DNA from: Stappia sp.
GTDB taxonomy: Bacteria; Pseudomonadota; Alphaproteobacteria; Rhizobiales; Stappiaceae
Reading direction: 5' to 3'
DNA length: 64,000 nucleotides
Assembly (NCBI RefSeq): GCF_965276915.1
Contig: NZ_OZ255709.1
Location: forward strand, 4,644,985 to 4,708,984
The notes under the pieces were generated by a model that saw nothing but the letters and a program-made list of their open reading frames with translations, searched no databases and was not told where the DNA came from. Positions 15,852 through 25,493 of this stretch are shown here, one piece after another. Position numbers and translations under genes: made by a program. Within the stretch, counting starts at the first letter, position 1, and each line of letters begins with the position of its first letter.

Positions 15852-17384
15852 TTACTGCTTGAACTTGACGTTCTCGAGCCGGATCATGCCGTCCGGATAG
15901 GCGGTGAAGCCCTCGATCTTGTCGTCCAGCGCCCAGATCCAGGTCTGGTGGTAGAGGTAGATGATCGGCAGGTCCTGCGCGAGGATCTTGCGGGCCGCGT
16001 CATAGCTGGCCTTGCGGGTCGCCGTGTCGTTGCTCGTGCGTGCCTTGTCGAGCAGGGCATCGACCTCCGGGTTGCAGTACTTGCTGTCGTTGATGCCGCC
16101 CTTGCAGGTCATGAACTGGTGGATATTGCCATCCGGGTCGACACGGCCCGACCAGCCGACCTGGCTCGCCTGGTAGGTGCCGCCCGACTGGTCGGCGAGC
16201 AGGCTGGCGAATTCCATCGACTTCAGCTTGACCGAAAAGCCGGCTTCCGCGGCCATCGACTGCACCACCTGCATGAGCTGGGTCTGAACCGGATTGTTGG
16301 CGACCTGGACCTCGACCTCGAAGGTCTCGTGGCCGGCTTCCTTCATCAGCTCCTTCGCCCTGGCGATGTCGCGGGCGGGGATCGGCGTCTCCTTGTCGTA
16401 CCAGGGGCTGGTCGGCGGGAACGGCTGGTTGCCGGGGGCGAAGGCACCCTCGAACACGACCTGGTTGATCGCGTCGCGATCGAGCGTCAGCTCGAAGGCC
16501 TGGCGCAGCTTCGCGTCATTGCCGAACGGATTGTCGCCGCGCGCGCCATTGTCGATGTTGATGGTGATGCCCTGGTAGCCGAGGCTGACCGCGTCGGCAT
16601 AGACAAGACCGGCATCGGACTTGACCGAGGCCGCATCGGTCGCCGCCAGCCGCTCGAGCATGTCGAGATCGCCGGAGCGCAGGTTGGCGAGCCGAACGGT
16701 CGTGTCGGGGATCGGCAGGAAGGTGACCGTGTCGAAATGGATCGCCTCGGCGTTCCAGTATTCGGCGAAACGCGTCAGCACGATGCGGTCCTGCTGCACG
16801 CGCTGGGTGAAGGAGAACGGACCCGAGCAGACCGGATTGGAGCCGAAATCGGCGCCGGCAGCACCGGCCGCCGTCGGCGACACCATCATGCCGGCACGGT
16901 CGGCAAGCTGCGCCAGCAGCGTCGCGTCGGGCTGTGCCAGCGTCATCTTCACCTGATGGGGGCCGCTGACCTCGACGCTCTCGATCGACTTGACCTCGGA
17001 CTTGCGGCGGCTTTCCGGCAGACCCTTGGAACGCTCGATATTGGCCTTCACCGCCTCGGCGTCGAAGGGGGTGCCGTCATGGAAGGTGACGCCCTCGCGA
17101 AGGTCCATGGTCAGGACCTTGCCATCGTCCGACCAGGACCAGGCCGTCGCCAGCTGCGGCACGATCTCGAGGTCCGGCGTGATGTCGACCAGCTTGTCGC
17201 AAAGCGAGGCATAGACGATACGCCCGACAAACGTGCGGGACTGGTCCGGATCGAGAACGTCCGGATCCTCCTGGAGGCCGATCCTCAGATCGGCGGCGGC
17301 GGCGGGCAGCGCGACAAGCGCGCTGGCGCTCAGAAGCAGGGCTGCAAGAAGACTGTTGCGCATTCTCATGGCTCCTCTGGTCAT
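15852..17384 (-). CDS. ABC transporter substrate-binding protein, family 5 (DppA/OppA-like)
   Basis: Signal peptide MRMRNSLLAALLLSASALVALPAAAADL, then a family-5 SBP body. ATG 17384 overlaps the upstream ATPase stop (ATGA); ATG 17369/17363 are alternatives. Confidence 0.85.
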   Translation of the reverse strand: MTRGAMRMRNSLLAALLLSASALVALPAAAADLRIGLQEDPDVLDPDQSRTFVGRIVYASLCDKLVDITPDLEIVPQLATAWSWSDDGKVLTMDLREGVTFHDGTPFDAEAVKANIERSKGLPESRRKSEVKSIESVEVSGPHQVKMTLAQPDATLLAQLADRAGMMVSPTAAGAAGADFGSNPVCSGPFSFTQRVQQDRIVLTRFAEYWNAEAIHFDTVTFLPIPDTTVRLANLRSGDLDMLERLAATDAASVKSDAGLVYADAVSLGYQGITINIDNGARGDNPFGNDAKLRQAFELTLDRDAINQVVFEGAFAPGNQPFPPTSPWYDKETPIPARDIARAKELMKEAGHETFEVEVQVANNPVQTQLMQVVQSMAAEAGFSVKLKSMEFASLLADQSGGTYQASQVGWSGRVDPDGNIHQFMTCKGGINDSKYCNPEVDALLDKARTSNDTATRKASYDAARKILAQDLPIIYLYHQTWIWALDDKIEGFTAYPDGMIRLENVKFKQ

Positions 17385-18525
17385 TTTGGTGACTCTGTCG
17401 GTCTGGATCCGGGACGTTGTTCGTTCAGGCGTTCGCTCCTGTCCCGGTAAAGCGAAAGACGTCTGGCGGCGGCCGCACTTGGCTCCGGTTCGGCAAGCGC
17501 GGCCGTGCCCTCGCCGGCAACACGCTGCCAGTGATGGCAGGCGACCTGGCGGCCCTCGGATACCTCGACGAGTGCCGGACGCTCCGCCGCACAGCGCGCG
17601 TCCGCAAGCGGACAGCGCGTGTGGAAACGGCATCCCTCCGGCGGTGAAAGCGGCGAGGGAACGTCGCCGGAAAGATTGGCGTCCGCCTTGCGGGCGCGCG
17701 GGCTGGGGATCGGGATCGCCCGCATCAATGCGCGGGTATAGGGGTGGAACGGCGCATCGTAGAGCACGTCCGTCGCGGCCAGTTCCACCACCTCGCCGAG
17801 ATACATCACCGCGACCCGGTCGCTCATGTGGCGGATGACGGCAAGGTCATGCGCGATCAGCACCAGCGTCAGGTCGTATTCGCGTTTCAGGTCCTCCAGC
17901 AGGTTGATCACCTGCGCCTGGATCGAGACGTCGAGCGCGGAGACCGGCTCGTCGCCGATCAGCACCTTCGGGCCGGACGCCAGCGCCCGGGCGATGCCGA
18001 TGCGCTGGCGCTGGCCGCCGGAAAACTCGTGCGGGTAGCGGCCCGCATATTCGGCCCTGAGGCCGACCCGGGTGAGCAGCCTGGCCACCTCGCCGCGCCG
18101 CCACTTCGCATCGCCAAGGCCATGCACCCGCATCGGCTCCTCGACAATGGCGCCAACGCTCATGCGCGGATTGAGCGAGGAGAACGGATCCTGGAAGACG
18201 AATTGCAGGTCCTTGCGCAGCCGCCGCATATCCGCCTTCGGCAGCGCGGCGATGTCCTGCCCGCCATAGAAGACCTCGCCGGCGCTCGGATCGATCAGCC
18301 TGAGCAGCAGCCGTGCAAGGGTCGACTTGCCGCAGCCGCTCTCGCCGACAATGGCGAGCGTCTCGCCGCGACGCACACGAAGAGACACCCCGTCGACGGC
18401 CCGCACCGACGGTCGCTCGCCGAACAGCTTCCAACCGACCGGAAAGCGCTTCTCGAGCCCGCGGGCCTCCAGGACGATATCCGTCCCGGCGGGGGCAGAA
18501 GGAGACACGATGGAGGATGCGGCAC

Positions 18526-18529
<4 letters not shown>
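17381..18529 (-). CDS. Peptide ABC transporter ATP-binding protein (DppF/OppF-like)
   Basis: Walker [10 protein letters not shown], signature [15 protein letters not shown], Walker [12 protein letters not shown], and the oligopeptide-type C-terminal region [11 protein letters not shown]...CRFHTRCP. Confidence 0.9.
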
Positions 18530-19528
<999 letters not shown>

Positions 19529-19545
<17 letters not shown>

Positions 19546-20263
19546 GCCCCTCGACGCTTTGCAGCATCAACCGTTCCTGCAGCGACAGGAGGTGCCTGCG
19601 CATCACCTGTTCGGCCGCCACCGGATCGCGTCGCTCGATTGCGTCGACCAGTTCGCCGTGCTGCGAATGATAGAGCCGGGTGGAACTCGGCGTGCGCAGC
19701 GCCTCGCGCACATGCCGCCAGTTGTCGTCCTGGCGGACCCGGTCGACCACGTCGAACAACGCCAGGAACAGCGTGTTGCCCGCCGCCATCGCGACCGCCC
19801 GGTGCAGGGAACTGTCCCACAACTCGCGGCTGTCCATGTCGCCGGCCTCGATGACCTTGACGGCGATCTCGCGCATGCGGGCGATTTCGGGGGCCGTGGC
19901 GCGCAGCGCCGCCAACCGGGCCAGCGCCGGCTCGATGCGAAGCCGCACCTCCATCACCTCGAACATGTTGCTCATTTCCGGAAGCTGCCGGATGCGGCTC
20001 TCGGTGCGGCTGCGGGCGGCGGCGATGAAGGTTCCCGCTCCCTGCCGGCGCCAGATGCGCCCCTCCGCCTCCATCACATCGAGCGCGCGGCGCACCGCGC
20101 GACGGCCGACGCCGATTTCTTCCGCCAGCTCCCGCTCGGTCGGCAGCTGCTCGCGCGCCTCGCGCTCCAGCTGATCGACGATGACCCTGAGCCGCTGCAG
20201 CGCCAGGCTGGAATTGCGTTCTGTCTGGTTCTCGTCTGCCAAGGACGCCGACCCCGGTTGCAC
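19529..20263 (-). CDS. GntR-family regulator, FadR subfamily (FCD domain)
   Basis: [34 protein letters not shown] plus the FCD-type helical domain ([15 protein letters not shown]...). First gene of the minus-strand peptide-ABC operon. The start codon (GTG 20263 or TTG 20242) is uncertain. Confidence 0.8.
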
Positions 20264-20439
20264 CTTTTTTTATATTGGTTCCATTATTGGCGCAGACCGG
20301 CACAGCTGGCAAGCCTGTCGCCACCGTCTCTGTCCCTGTTCTTGCAAAAGGGCCGCTCCCGCCGAAATTTTCACCCTCCTGCCCGCACGAATGCCGACAG
20401 TTTCGGCAAGCGCGAGCCATCCCGGCGGATCCGGCTTCA

Positions 20440-20460
20440 GAACCAATACGAAATTGGTTC
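20440..20460. promoter_or_regulatory. Candidate FadR-type operator: 8-bp perfect inverted repeat
   Basis: GAACCAAT-acgaa-ATTGGTTC. The half-site ATTGGTTC recurs at 20274-20281, next to the regulator start codon. Confidence 0.45.
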
Positions 20461-20484
20461 ATTTCCACCCACCTTGCATGCCGA

Positions 20485-20522
20485 CAAACAAAAAGGGCGA
20501 GGCGCCTGACGCCTCGCCCTTT
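20485..20522 (-). terminator. Rho-independent terminator of the BKACE gene
   Basis: Stem gggcgaggcg (20495-504) / cgcctcgccc (20510-519), loop cctga. On the minus strand it is followed by TTTTTGTTTG. Confidence 0.75.
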
Positions 20523-20554
20523 CGGACTTTGGGATTTTGGGATTTTGGGACTTT
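20523..20554. repeat. 8-nt tandem repeat x4 (SGGAYTTT)
   Basis: cggacttt gggatttt gggatttt gggacttt, immediately flanking the terminator hairpin. Confidence 0.85.
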
Positions 20555-20605
20555 ATCGAAACCTGCGCCGAACAGCGGGACTGCAGCCGATCCGGCCCGC
20601 CGACT

Positions 20606-20647
20606 GGTTCAGGCGGGCAGGTTCAGGCGGGCAGGTTCAGGCGGCGG
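20606..20647. repeat. 14-nt tandem repeat x3 spanning the BKACE stop codon
   Basis: ggttcaggcgggca (20606-19) and ggttcaggcgggca (20620-33) are identical. ggttcaggcggcgg (20634-47, 12/14) contains the real stop (tca 20637-39). Confidence 0.9.
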
Positions 20648-21467
20648 CAAGACCCAGCATCTTGCGGGCCTCGGCGACACTGGCCGGATGACGGCCGTAT
20701 TCCGCGCAAAGATCGGCGGTGCGCTGCACCAGCGCGGCATTCGAGGGGGCAAGCCGGTCCTTGTCGAGACGCACATTGTCCTCCAGCCCGGAGCGGCAAT
20801 GGCCGCCGAGTTCCAGGCTCCAGCGGTTGAGCTCGATCTGGTTGCGACCGATGCCGGCGCCCGTCCAGGTCGCCTCGGGCATCAGCCGCTTCAGTGTCTC
20901 GACATAGAACTCGAACACCGCCCGGTCCGCCGGCATGGCGTTCTTGACGCCCATCACGAACTGCACGTGAAGCGGGCCCTTCAGCCGCCCGTCCTTCGCC
21001 ATCGACGCCGCCTGGAAGACATGCGAGAGGTCGAAGGCCTCGATCTCGGGCTTGACGTTGTAGGCCAGCATTTCCGAAGCCAGCCAGTCGACCAGGTCCG
21101 GCGGATTCTCGTAGACGCGGGTCGGAAAATTGTTGGAGCCGACCGACAGCGAGGCCATGTCGGGGGCAAGCGGCAGCATGCCGCCACGCGCCTTGCCCGC
21201 ACCCGAACGGCCGCCGGTCGAAAGCTGGATGATCATGCCCGGGCAATGGGCCTTCAGCCCCTCCACGAGCCGGGCGAAACGCTCCGGATCGGAGGTCGGC
21301 GTGCCGTCCTCCTCGCGCACATGGCAATGGGCAATGGTCGCGCCGGCCTCGAACGCGGCATGGGTGCTTTCCACCTGCTCGGAGATGGTGATCGGCACGG
21401 CCGGGTTGTCGGCCTTTTGCGGCACGGAACCGGTGATGGCGACGCAGATGATGCAAGGCTCGGACAT
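20637..21467 (-). CDS. 3-keto-5-aminohexanoate cleavage enzyme family (BKACE / DUF849)
   Basis: MSEPCIICVAITGSVPQKADNPAVPITISEQVESTHAAFEAGATIAHCHVRE...GMIIQLSTGGR...PSNAALV is the canonical BKACE TIM-barrel pattern. Confidence 0.85.
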   Translation of the reverse strand: MSEPCIICVAITGSVPQKADNPAVPITISEQVESTHAAFEAGATIAHCHVREEDGTPTSDPERFARLVEGLKAHCPGMIIQLSTGGRSGAGKARGGMLPLAPDMASLSVGSNNFPTRVYENPPDLVDWLASEMLAYNVKPEIEAFDLSHVFQAASMAKDGRLKGPLHVQFVMGVKNAMPADRAVFEFYVETLKRLMPEATWTGAGIGRNQIELNRWSLELGGHCRSGLEDNVRLDKDRLAPSNAALVQRTADLCAEYGRHPASVAEARKMLGLAAA

Positions 21468-21605
21468 GGACGAGCGATCCTCCCTGAGAGGCGCCGGCAG
21501 GCTCCCGCGCCCGCAGGAACATCGACATCGGGCAGGTCCGGCGCGGGGATCTGGTTAGCAGCTTCGCCGGCCGACGGCAATTGCAGGGGCCGCGCATGGC
21601 GCGGA

Positions 21606-23639
21606 TCAGACCGCCCCGCGCACCGGCGACAAAGGCGAGGCCGGCCGCACCACCGCGGTCGCCGCCTCGCGCGAGGCAAAGCCGCGCAGCATCAGCGCAG
21701 GCAGGTCGCCGACCGGCATCGGGGCCCCGAACAGGAACCCCTGCGCAATCCGGCAGCCGGCCTCCGTCAGCAGATCGACCTGCTGGCGGGTCTCCACCCC
21801 CTCGACCGTTACGGCGATGTCGAGCCGACCGGCCAGCTCCAGGATGGAGGTGACGATCGACAGACTGTGCCGATCGCTTTCCAGCGACTGCACGAAGCTG
21901 CGGTCGATCTTCAACTCGTCCCAGTCGAAGCTGCGCAGATAGGACAATGCCGAATAGCCGGTGCCGAAATCGTCAAGCGAGATGGCAACGCCAAGCGCCT
22001 TCAGCCGCGACAGGGTGGCGATCGCCCGCGTCGTGTCCTTCATCACGACGCTTTCGGTCACCTCCAGCTTCAGCCGCGAGGCCGGCAGGCGGCTGCGCTT
22101 CAGCACTGCCGCGACCGTGTCGACCAGATCGTCGCGGGCGAGCTGTGCAACGGAGAGATTGACGGCGACCGGCACGTCGAGCGGCAACGCGACCGCATCG
22201 CGGCAAGCGGTCTGCAGGATGCGCTCGCCGATGTCGATGATGTGGCCGGACGCCTCGGCGATGGGAATGAACTCGCTTGGCGCGATCCAGCCGAGCTGGC
22301 TGTGGCGCCAGCGGGCAAGCGCCTCGAGGCCGACGATGCGGCCGGTTTCCATGTCCACCTGCGGCTGGTAATGGGCCGCGATATCGCCGTTCTCCAGTGC
22401 CCCCTCGATGCCGTCCTCGATCAACCGGCGGCGGGTCGCGTCGGCCCGCATCGAACCGTTATAGAGCTGCACCCGGCCCTTGCCCGTCGCCTTGGCATGG
22501 CTGAGCGCCAGGTCCGCGTTCTGCAGCAGCGAGCTTCCGCTCTCCCCCTCGCGGACCAGCGCCACGCCGATCGTGGCGTTGACGACCACATTGCCGCCGC
22601 TCAGCGCATGCGCCTCGTGCAGCCCCTCGATCAGCTGCCGTGCACGTGCCTGCGCCTCGCGCTCGCCGTCGGTGACCCCGACGAGCACGGTGAACTCGTC
22701 GCCGCCAAGCCGCGACACCAGCGCCCCTCCGCCCCAGGCGGCGACAATCCGGCGCAGCCGCTCGGCAACCGAGCGCAACAGGTCGTCGCCCGAGGCATGA
22801 CCGAGAATGTCGTTCACCGCCTTGAAGCCGTCGAGATCGAGCGCCAGCACCGTCAACCGCCCGCGACGCCCGGCCGGATCCTCGCCAAGCGCGGCTTCCA
22901 GCGCATCGTGAAAGGCGAGACGGTTGGGAAGTTTCGTCAGCGGGTCGTGTCGCGCGGCGAACTCGAACTCGCGGGCCGCCGTCTCCGCGCTCGAGCGCGC
23001 CCGCTTCAGCGAGCGGGCCTGCATCGACATGAAGACGAGCAGGATGGCGCCGAAGGCGATGAGCAGTTCGACCAGCACGTTCTGCAGCCGCTGGCGCTGG
23101 AACAGGGCCTGGCGGATCTCCTGGGCCTCGACCAGGTTGCTCATCAAGGCCTCGCCGCCGATGCGGTCGATCACGCGCACCGCCTCGGCCAGCACCGTGT
23201 CGATGCGTGTCAGCGCCGCCTTGTCCGGCAGCGCCGCGTAATCGCTTTCGATGCCCTGGACAAGGCCGTCGAGATGGTCGAGCGCGTCCTTTCGGGACGG
23301 CGCCGCGGCGACAAAGGCGCCGAACGCGCCCGACGACCATGTGTCCACCCGGCTGGCCAGGATATTGTAGAAGAGCCAGGCTTCTTCCGCGTCCTCGACC
23401 TTGCCGCTGGCCGCGTATCGCGACAGGCGCTCGCGCGCCGTGATCGCGTCGACCCGGCCGTTCAACCCGGACATGGCAATGTCGTAGCGCATCGACTTCT
23501 CGAAAGCGCCGCTCGTCGTCAGCACCGATTCCGCATGCACCAGGATGGCGAGCACCAGCAGCCCCAGAACGAGGATGCCGACGTGTCGGAACCGGTCCCC
23601 TATCGACCCGCTCCGTCGCAGGAAGGACGGAAAGCGCAT
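21606..23639 (-). CDS. Membrane-bound GGDEF-EAL (diguanylate cyclase/phosphodiesterase) protein with ~190-aa periplasmic domain
   Basis: Two hydrophobic segments flank a helical N-terminal domain. GGDEF motif [14 protein letters not shown] motifs EALARW and [13 protein letters not shown]. Confidence 0.9.
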   Translation of the reverse strand: MRFPSFLRRSGSIGDRFRHVGILVLGLLVLAILVHAESVLTTSGAFEKSMRYDIAMSGLNGRVDAITARERLSRYAASGKVEDAEEAWLFYNILASRVDTWSSGAFGAFVAAAPSRKDALDHLDGLVQGIESDYAALPDKAALTRIDTVLAEAVRVIDRIGGEALMSNLVEAQEIRQALFQRQRLQNVLVELLIAFGAILLVFMSMQARSLKRARSSAETAAREFEFAARHDPLTKLPNRLAFHDALEAALGEDPAGRRGRLTVLALDLDGFKAVNDILGHASGDDLLRSVAERLRRIVAAWGGGALVSRLGGDEFTVLVGVTDGEREAQARARQLIEGLHEAHALSGGNVVVNATIGVALVREGESGSSLLQNADLALSHAKATGKGRVQLYNGSMRADATRRRLIEDGIEGALENGDIAAHYQPQVDMETGRIVGLEALARWRHSQLGWIAPSEFIPIAEASGHIIDIGERILQTACRDAVALPLDVPVAVNLSVAQLARDDLVDTVAAVLKRSRLPASRLKLEVTESVVMKDTTRAIATLSRLKALGVAISLDDFGTGYSALSYLRSFDWDELKIDRSFVQSLESDRHSLSIVTSILELAGRLDIAVTVEGVETRQQVDLLTEAGCRIAQGFLFGAPMPVGDLPALMLRGFASREAATAVVRPASPLSPVRGAV

Positions 23640-23643
23640 GGGT

Positions 23644-24129
23644 TCACTTCACGTTGATGCGGCGCAACTGCCAGATGGAACGCGAGTAATAGAGCTCGTT
23701 CTTGAGCTCGGGAAAGCGGTCGAAGGGATAGATGACGAAAAGCGGCCCCTTGTCGCGCACGCCCAGATAGGCGCCATCCGCCTTGAAGGCGAGCAGCGCG
23801 TCATAGGCGGTGAAATCCGATATCGGAATCTCCGCATAGAAATTGTTGAGGGCGATTCCCTCGATCCGCTCGCCGGTCGCACCGACATGCGCCATCAGGT
23901 CGGCAAGGCGCACGCCCTCGAACGTCACGGTCTTGTCGTGCCAGGGCGTCGACGTCGTCACGCTGGTGACGCCGAGCTTCTCAAGGTCGGAAATGCTAAA
24001 ATCGCGGGGCGCATCGCTTTCGATTCGCCCTTCCACGGTCAGGACGACCGGGCCGTCGGAACGGGCAGGACCCGCCAGAACAAGTCCAAGACCTGCCACA
24101 ACTAACAATAATACGTACCGGATCGACAT
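23644..24129 (-). CDS. Small periplasmic protein resembling the molybdopterin-binding oxidoreductase domain
   Basis: Start ATG 24129 ([20 protein letters not shown], signal-like), preceded by GGAGGG. The body (LTVEGRIE...FSISDLEKL...[21 protein letters not shown]) resembles small YedY/sulfite-oxidase-domain-like proteins. It ends 4 nt before the GGDEF-EAL start. Confidence 0.55.
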   Translation of the reverse strand: MSIRYVLLLVVAGLGLVLAGPARSDGPVVLTVEGRIESDAPRDFSISDLEKLGVTSVTTSTPWHDKTVTFEGVRLADLMAHVGATGERIEGIALNNFYAEIPISDFTAYDALLAFKADGAYLGVRDKGPLFVIYPFDRFPELKNELYYSRSIWQLRRINVK

Positions 24130-24334
24130 GATCACCCTCCGTCGGAGTGCTGATATTTTCAATCGAATACCCTCAATCCATTCCGGTTGCGGGCCTCGCC
24201 GTTTCGATTTTCAGTATCATACTACAAGATGAAGGCAAATTTTGGATTAAATACTTATTAGCACGCTTTTGTATTTACTTTTTGTTAACCATAATTCAAT
24301 TTCAAAGACAGGAAACAATACCATCGAACAGCGA

Positions 24335-24370
24335 AACGGCCCGTGGATTTTCCACGGGCCGTTTTGTTCT
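24335..24370. terminator. Strong bidirectional hairpin terminator
   Basis: 13-bp stem aacggcccgtgga (24335-47) / tccacgggccgtt (24351-63), loop ttt. The plus strand continues TTGTTCT; the minus strand continues TCGCTGTTCG. It lies downstream of coxM on the minus strand. Confidence 0.75.
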
Positions 24371-24374
24371 GGTG

Positions 24375-24463
24375 CCCGGGTTCTGGTGTTTGGGTTTTGG
24401 CGTCCGGGTTCTGGTGTTTGGGTGTTTTGGCGCGTCCGGTTTGTGCTTTTGGTTCAGGGGGCG
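24375..24463. repeat. ~28-32-nt tandem repeat, 2 good copies plus 1 degenerate copy reaching the coxM stop
   Basis: ccgggttctggtgtttgggt occurs identically at 24376-95 and 24404-23. A third degenerate unit ccggtttgtgcttttggttcagggg contains the coxM stop (tca 24454-56). Confidence 0.8.
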
Positions 24464-25254
24464 AGTTTTGCCGCGGCGCGCTTTGCCATGACGGCGATGA
24501 GGTTGGCGCGGTATTCGGCCGACCCGTGGATGTCGGCGATGAGGGTGCCCGGATCGGTGGTGACGCCGGCTGCGGCCTGCGGCGTGAGGCTTTCGGCAAG
24601 CGCTGCCTCCAGGCCCTCATGGCGGAAGACGCCGCTGGCGCCGGCGCCGGTGACGGCGGCACGGATGCCCTCGCCGGTCCTGGCGAGGAACACCCCGGCC
24701 ATGGCATAGCGCGAGGCCGGGTTGGGGTATTTGGCATAGGCGCACGAGGCGCATGCGGGGAAGATCACCGCGGTGACGATCTCGCCCTCCTCCAGCGCCG
24801 TCTCGAACAGGCCGGTGAAGAAGTCGGCGGCCGCGATCTCGCGCCGGTCGGTGACGATGGTGGCGCCAAGCGCCAGGGCGGCGGCCGGATAGTCGGCGGC
24901 CGGGTCGTTGTTGGCCAGCGAGCCGCCGATCGTGCCGCGATGGCGCACATGCGGATCGCCGATATGCCCGGCCAGCTCGGCAAGCCCCGGCGCCAGCCGG
25001 CGCACCAGATCGGAAGCCGCGACCTCCGCATGGGTTGTCGCCGCGCCGATGCGCAGGGCGCCGCCGGTCTCGGCAATGCCCTTCATCTGCGCCACATGGG
25101 CGACATCGACCAGATCCGAGGGCGCGGCAAGCCGCTGCTTCATCGTCGGCAGCAGGGTCTGCCCGCCCGACAGGATCTTCGCCTCCTCGGCCCCTGCAAG
25201 CTTCAAGGCCGCGTCCGCCACGCTCGTTGCCCGGTGATAGGTGGTCTCGTACAT
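24454..25254 (-). CDS. coxM: Xanthine dehydrogenase/CO dehydrogenase family FAD-binding medium subunit
   Basis: MYETTYHRATSVADAALKLAGAEEAKILSGGQTLLPTMKQRLAAPSDLVDV... is the typical CoxM/FAD-binding PCMH domain. It follows coxL in the operon. Confidence 0.85.
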   Translation of the reverse strand: MYETTYHRATSVADAALKLAGAEEAKILSGGQTLLPTMKQRLAAPSDLVDVAHVAQMKGIAETGGALRIGAATTHAEVAASDLVRRLAPGLAELAGHIGDPHVRHRGTIGGSLANNDPAADYPAAALALGATIVTDRREIAAADFFTGLFETALEEGEIVTAVIFPACASCAYAKYPNPASRYAMAGVFLARTGEGIRAAVTGAGASGVFRHEGLEAALAESLTPQAAAGVTTDPGTLIADIHGSAEYRANLIAVMAKRAAAKLAP

Positions 25255-25306
25255 GTCCCTCTCCCTCGTTGCGCTGCCGGCTTGCGGCCCGCGCCCATAT
25301 CGCCTT

Positions 25307-25376
25307 GCCAGTCTGAGCCGGCCAGTCCGAGCCGGCCAGTCACGTCAGACCAGTCACCTCAGATCAGTCTGGCCCG
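25307..25376. repeat. 14-nt tandem repeat x5 (CAGTC core) in the coxL-coxM spacer
   Basis: gccagtctgagccg / gccagtccgagccg / gccagtcacgtcag / accagtcacctcag / atcagtctggcccg, head to tail. Confidence 0.8.
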
Positions 25377-25493
25377 CCTGAGCTGATCGCCTGAACCGGC
25401 GGCCTGGCCCGCGGGCCCGGCCTGTTCTGTCCCGTTTGCGCAGCGCGGAACACCGCGCTGCTTGTTGTCCCTCTCCGGTCGCTGGCCGGCGGC

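Noticed and set aside
20181-23657. 1158-aa plus-strand ORF
   Set aside because: It runs antisense to the well-supported BKACE and GGDEF-EAL genes. The translation is Arg/Gly/Ala/Pro-rich with no recognisable motifs. Long stop-free antisense frames are expected in GC-rich DNA.
24147-24709. Plus-strand ORFs 24147..24491 and 24269..24709 in the AT-rich island
   Set aside because: They read straight through a strong hairpin terminator and the tandem repeats, and then run antisense into coxM. There is no convincing RBS. The region is treated as regulatory or possible sRNA instead.
25441-25460. Hairpin cagcgcgg-aaca-ccgcgctg just downstream of coxL as an internal terminator
   Set aside because: It is an 8-bp stem without a U-tract on the coding (minus) strand, and coxM follows in the same orientation. 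It is more likely a processing or stability element or a coincidence, and is not reported as a feature.
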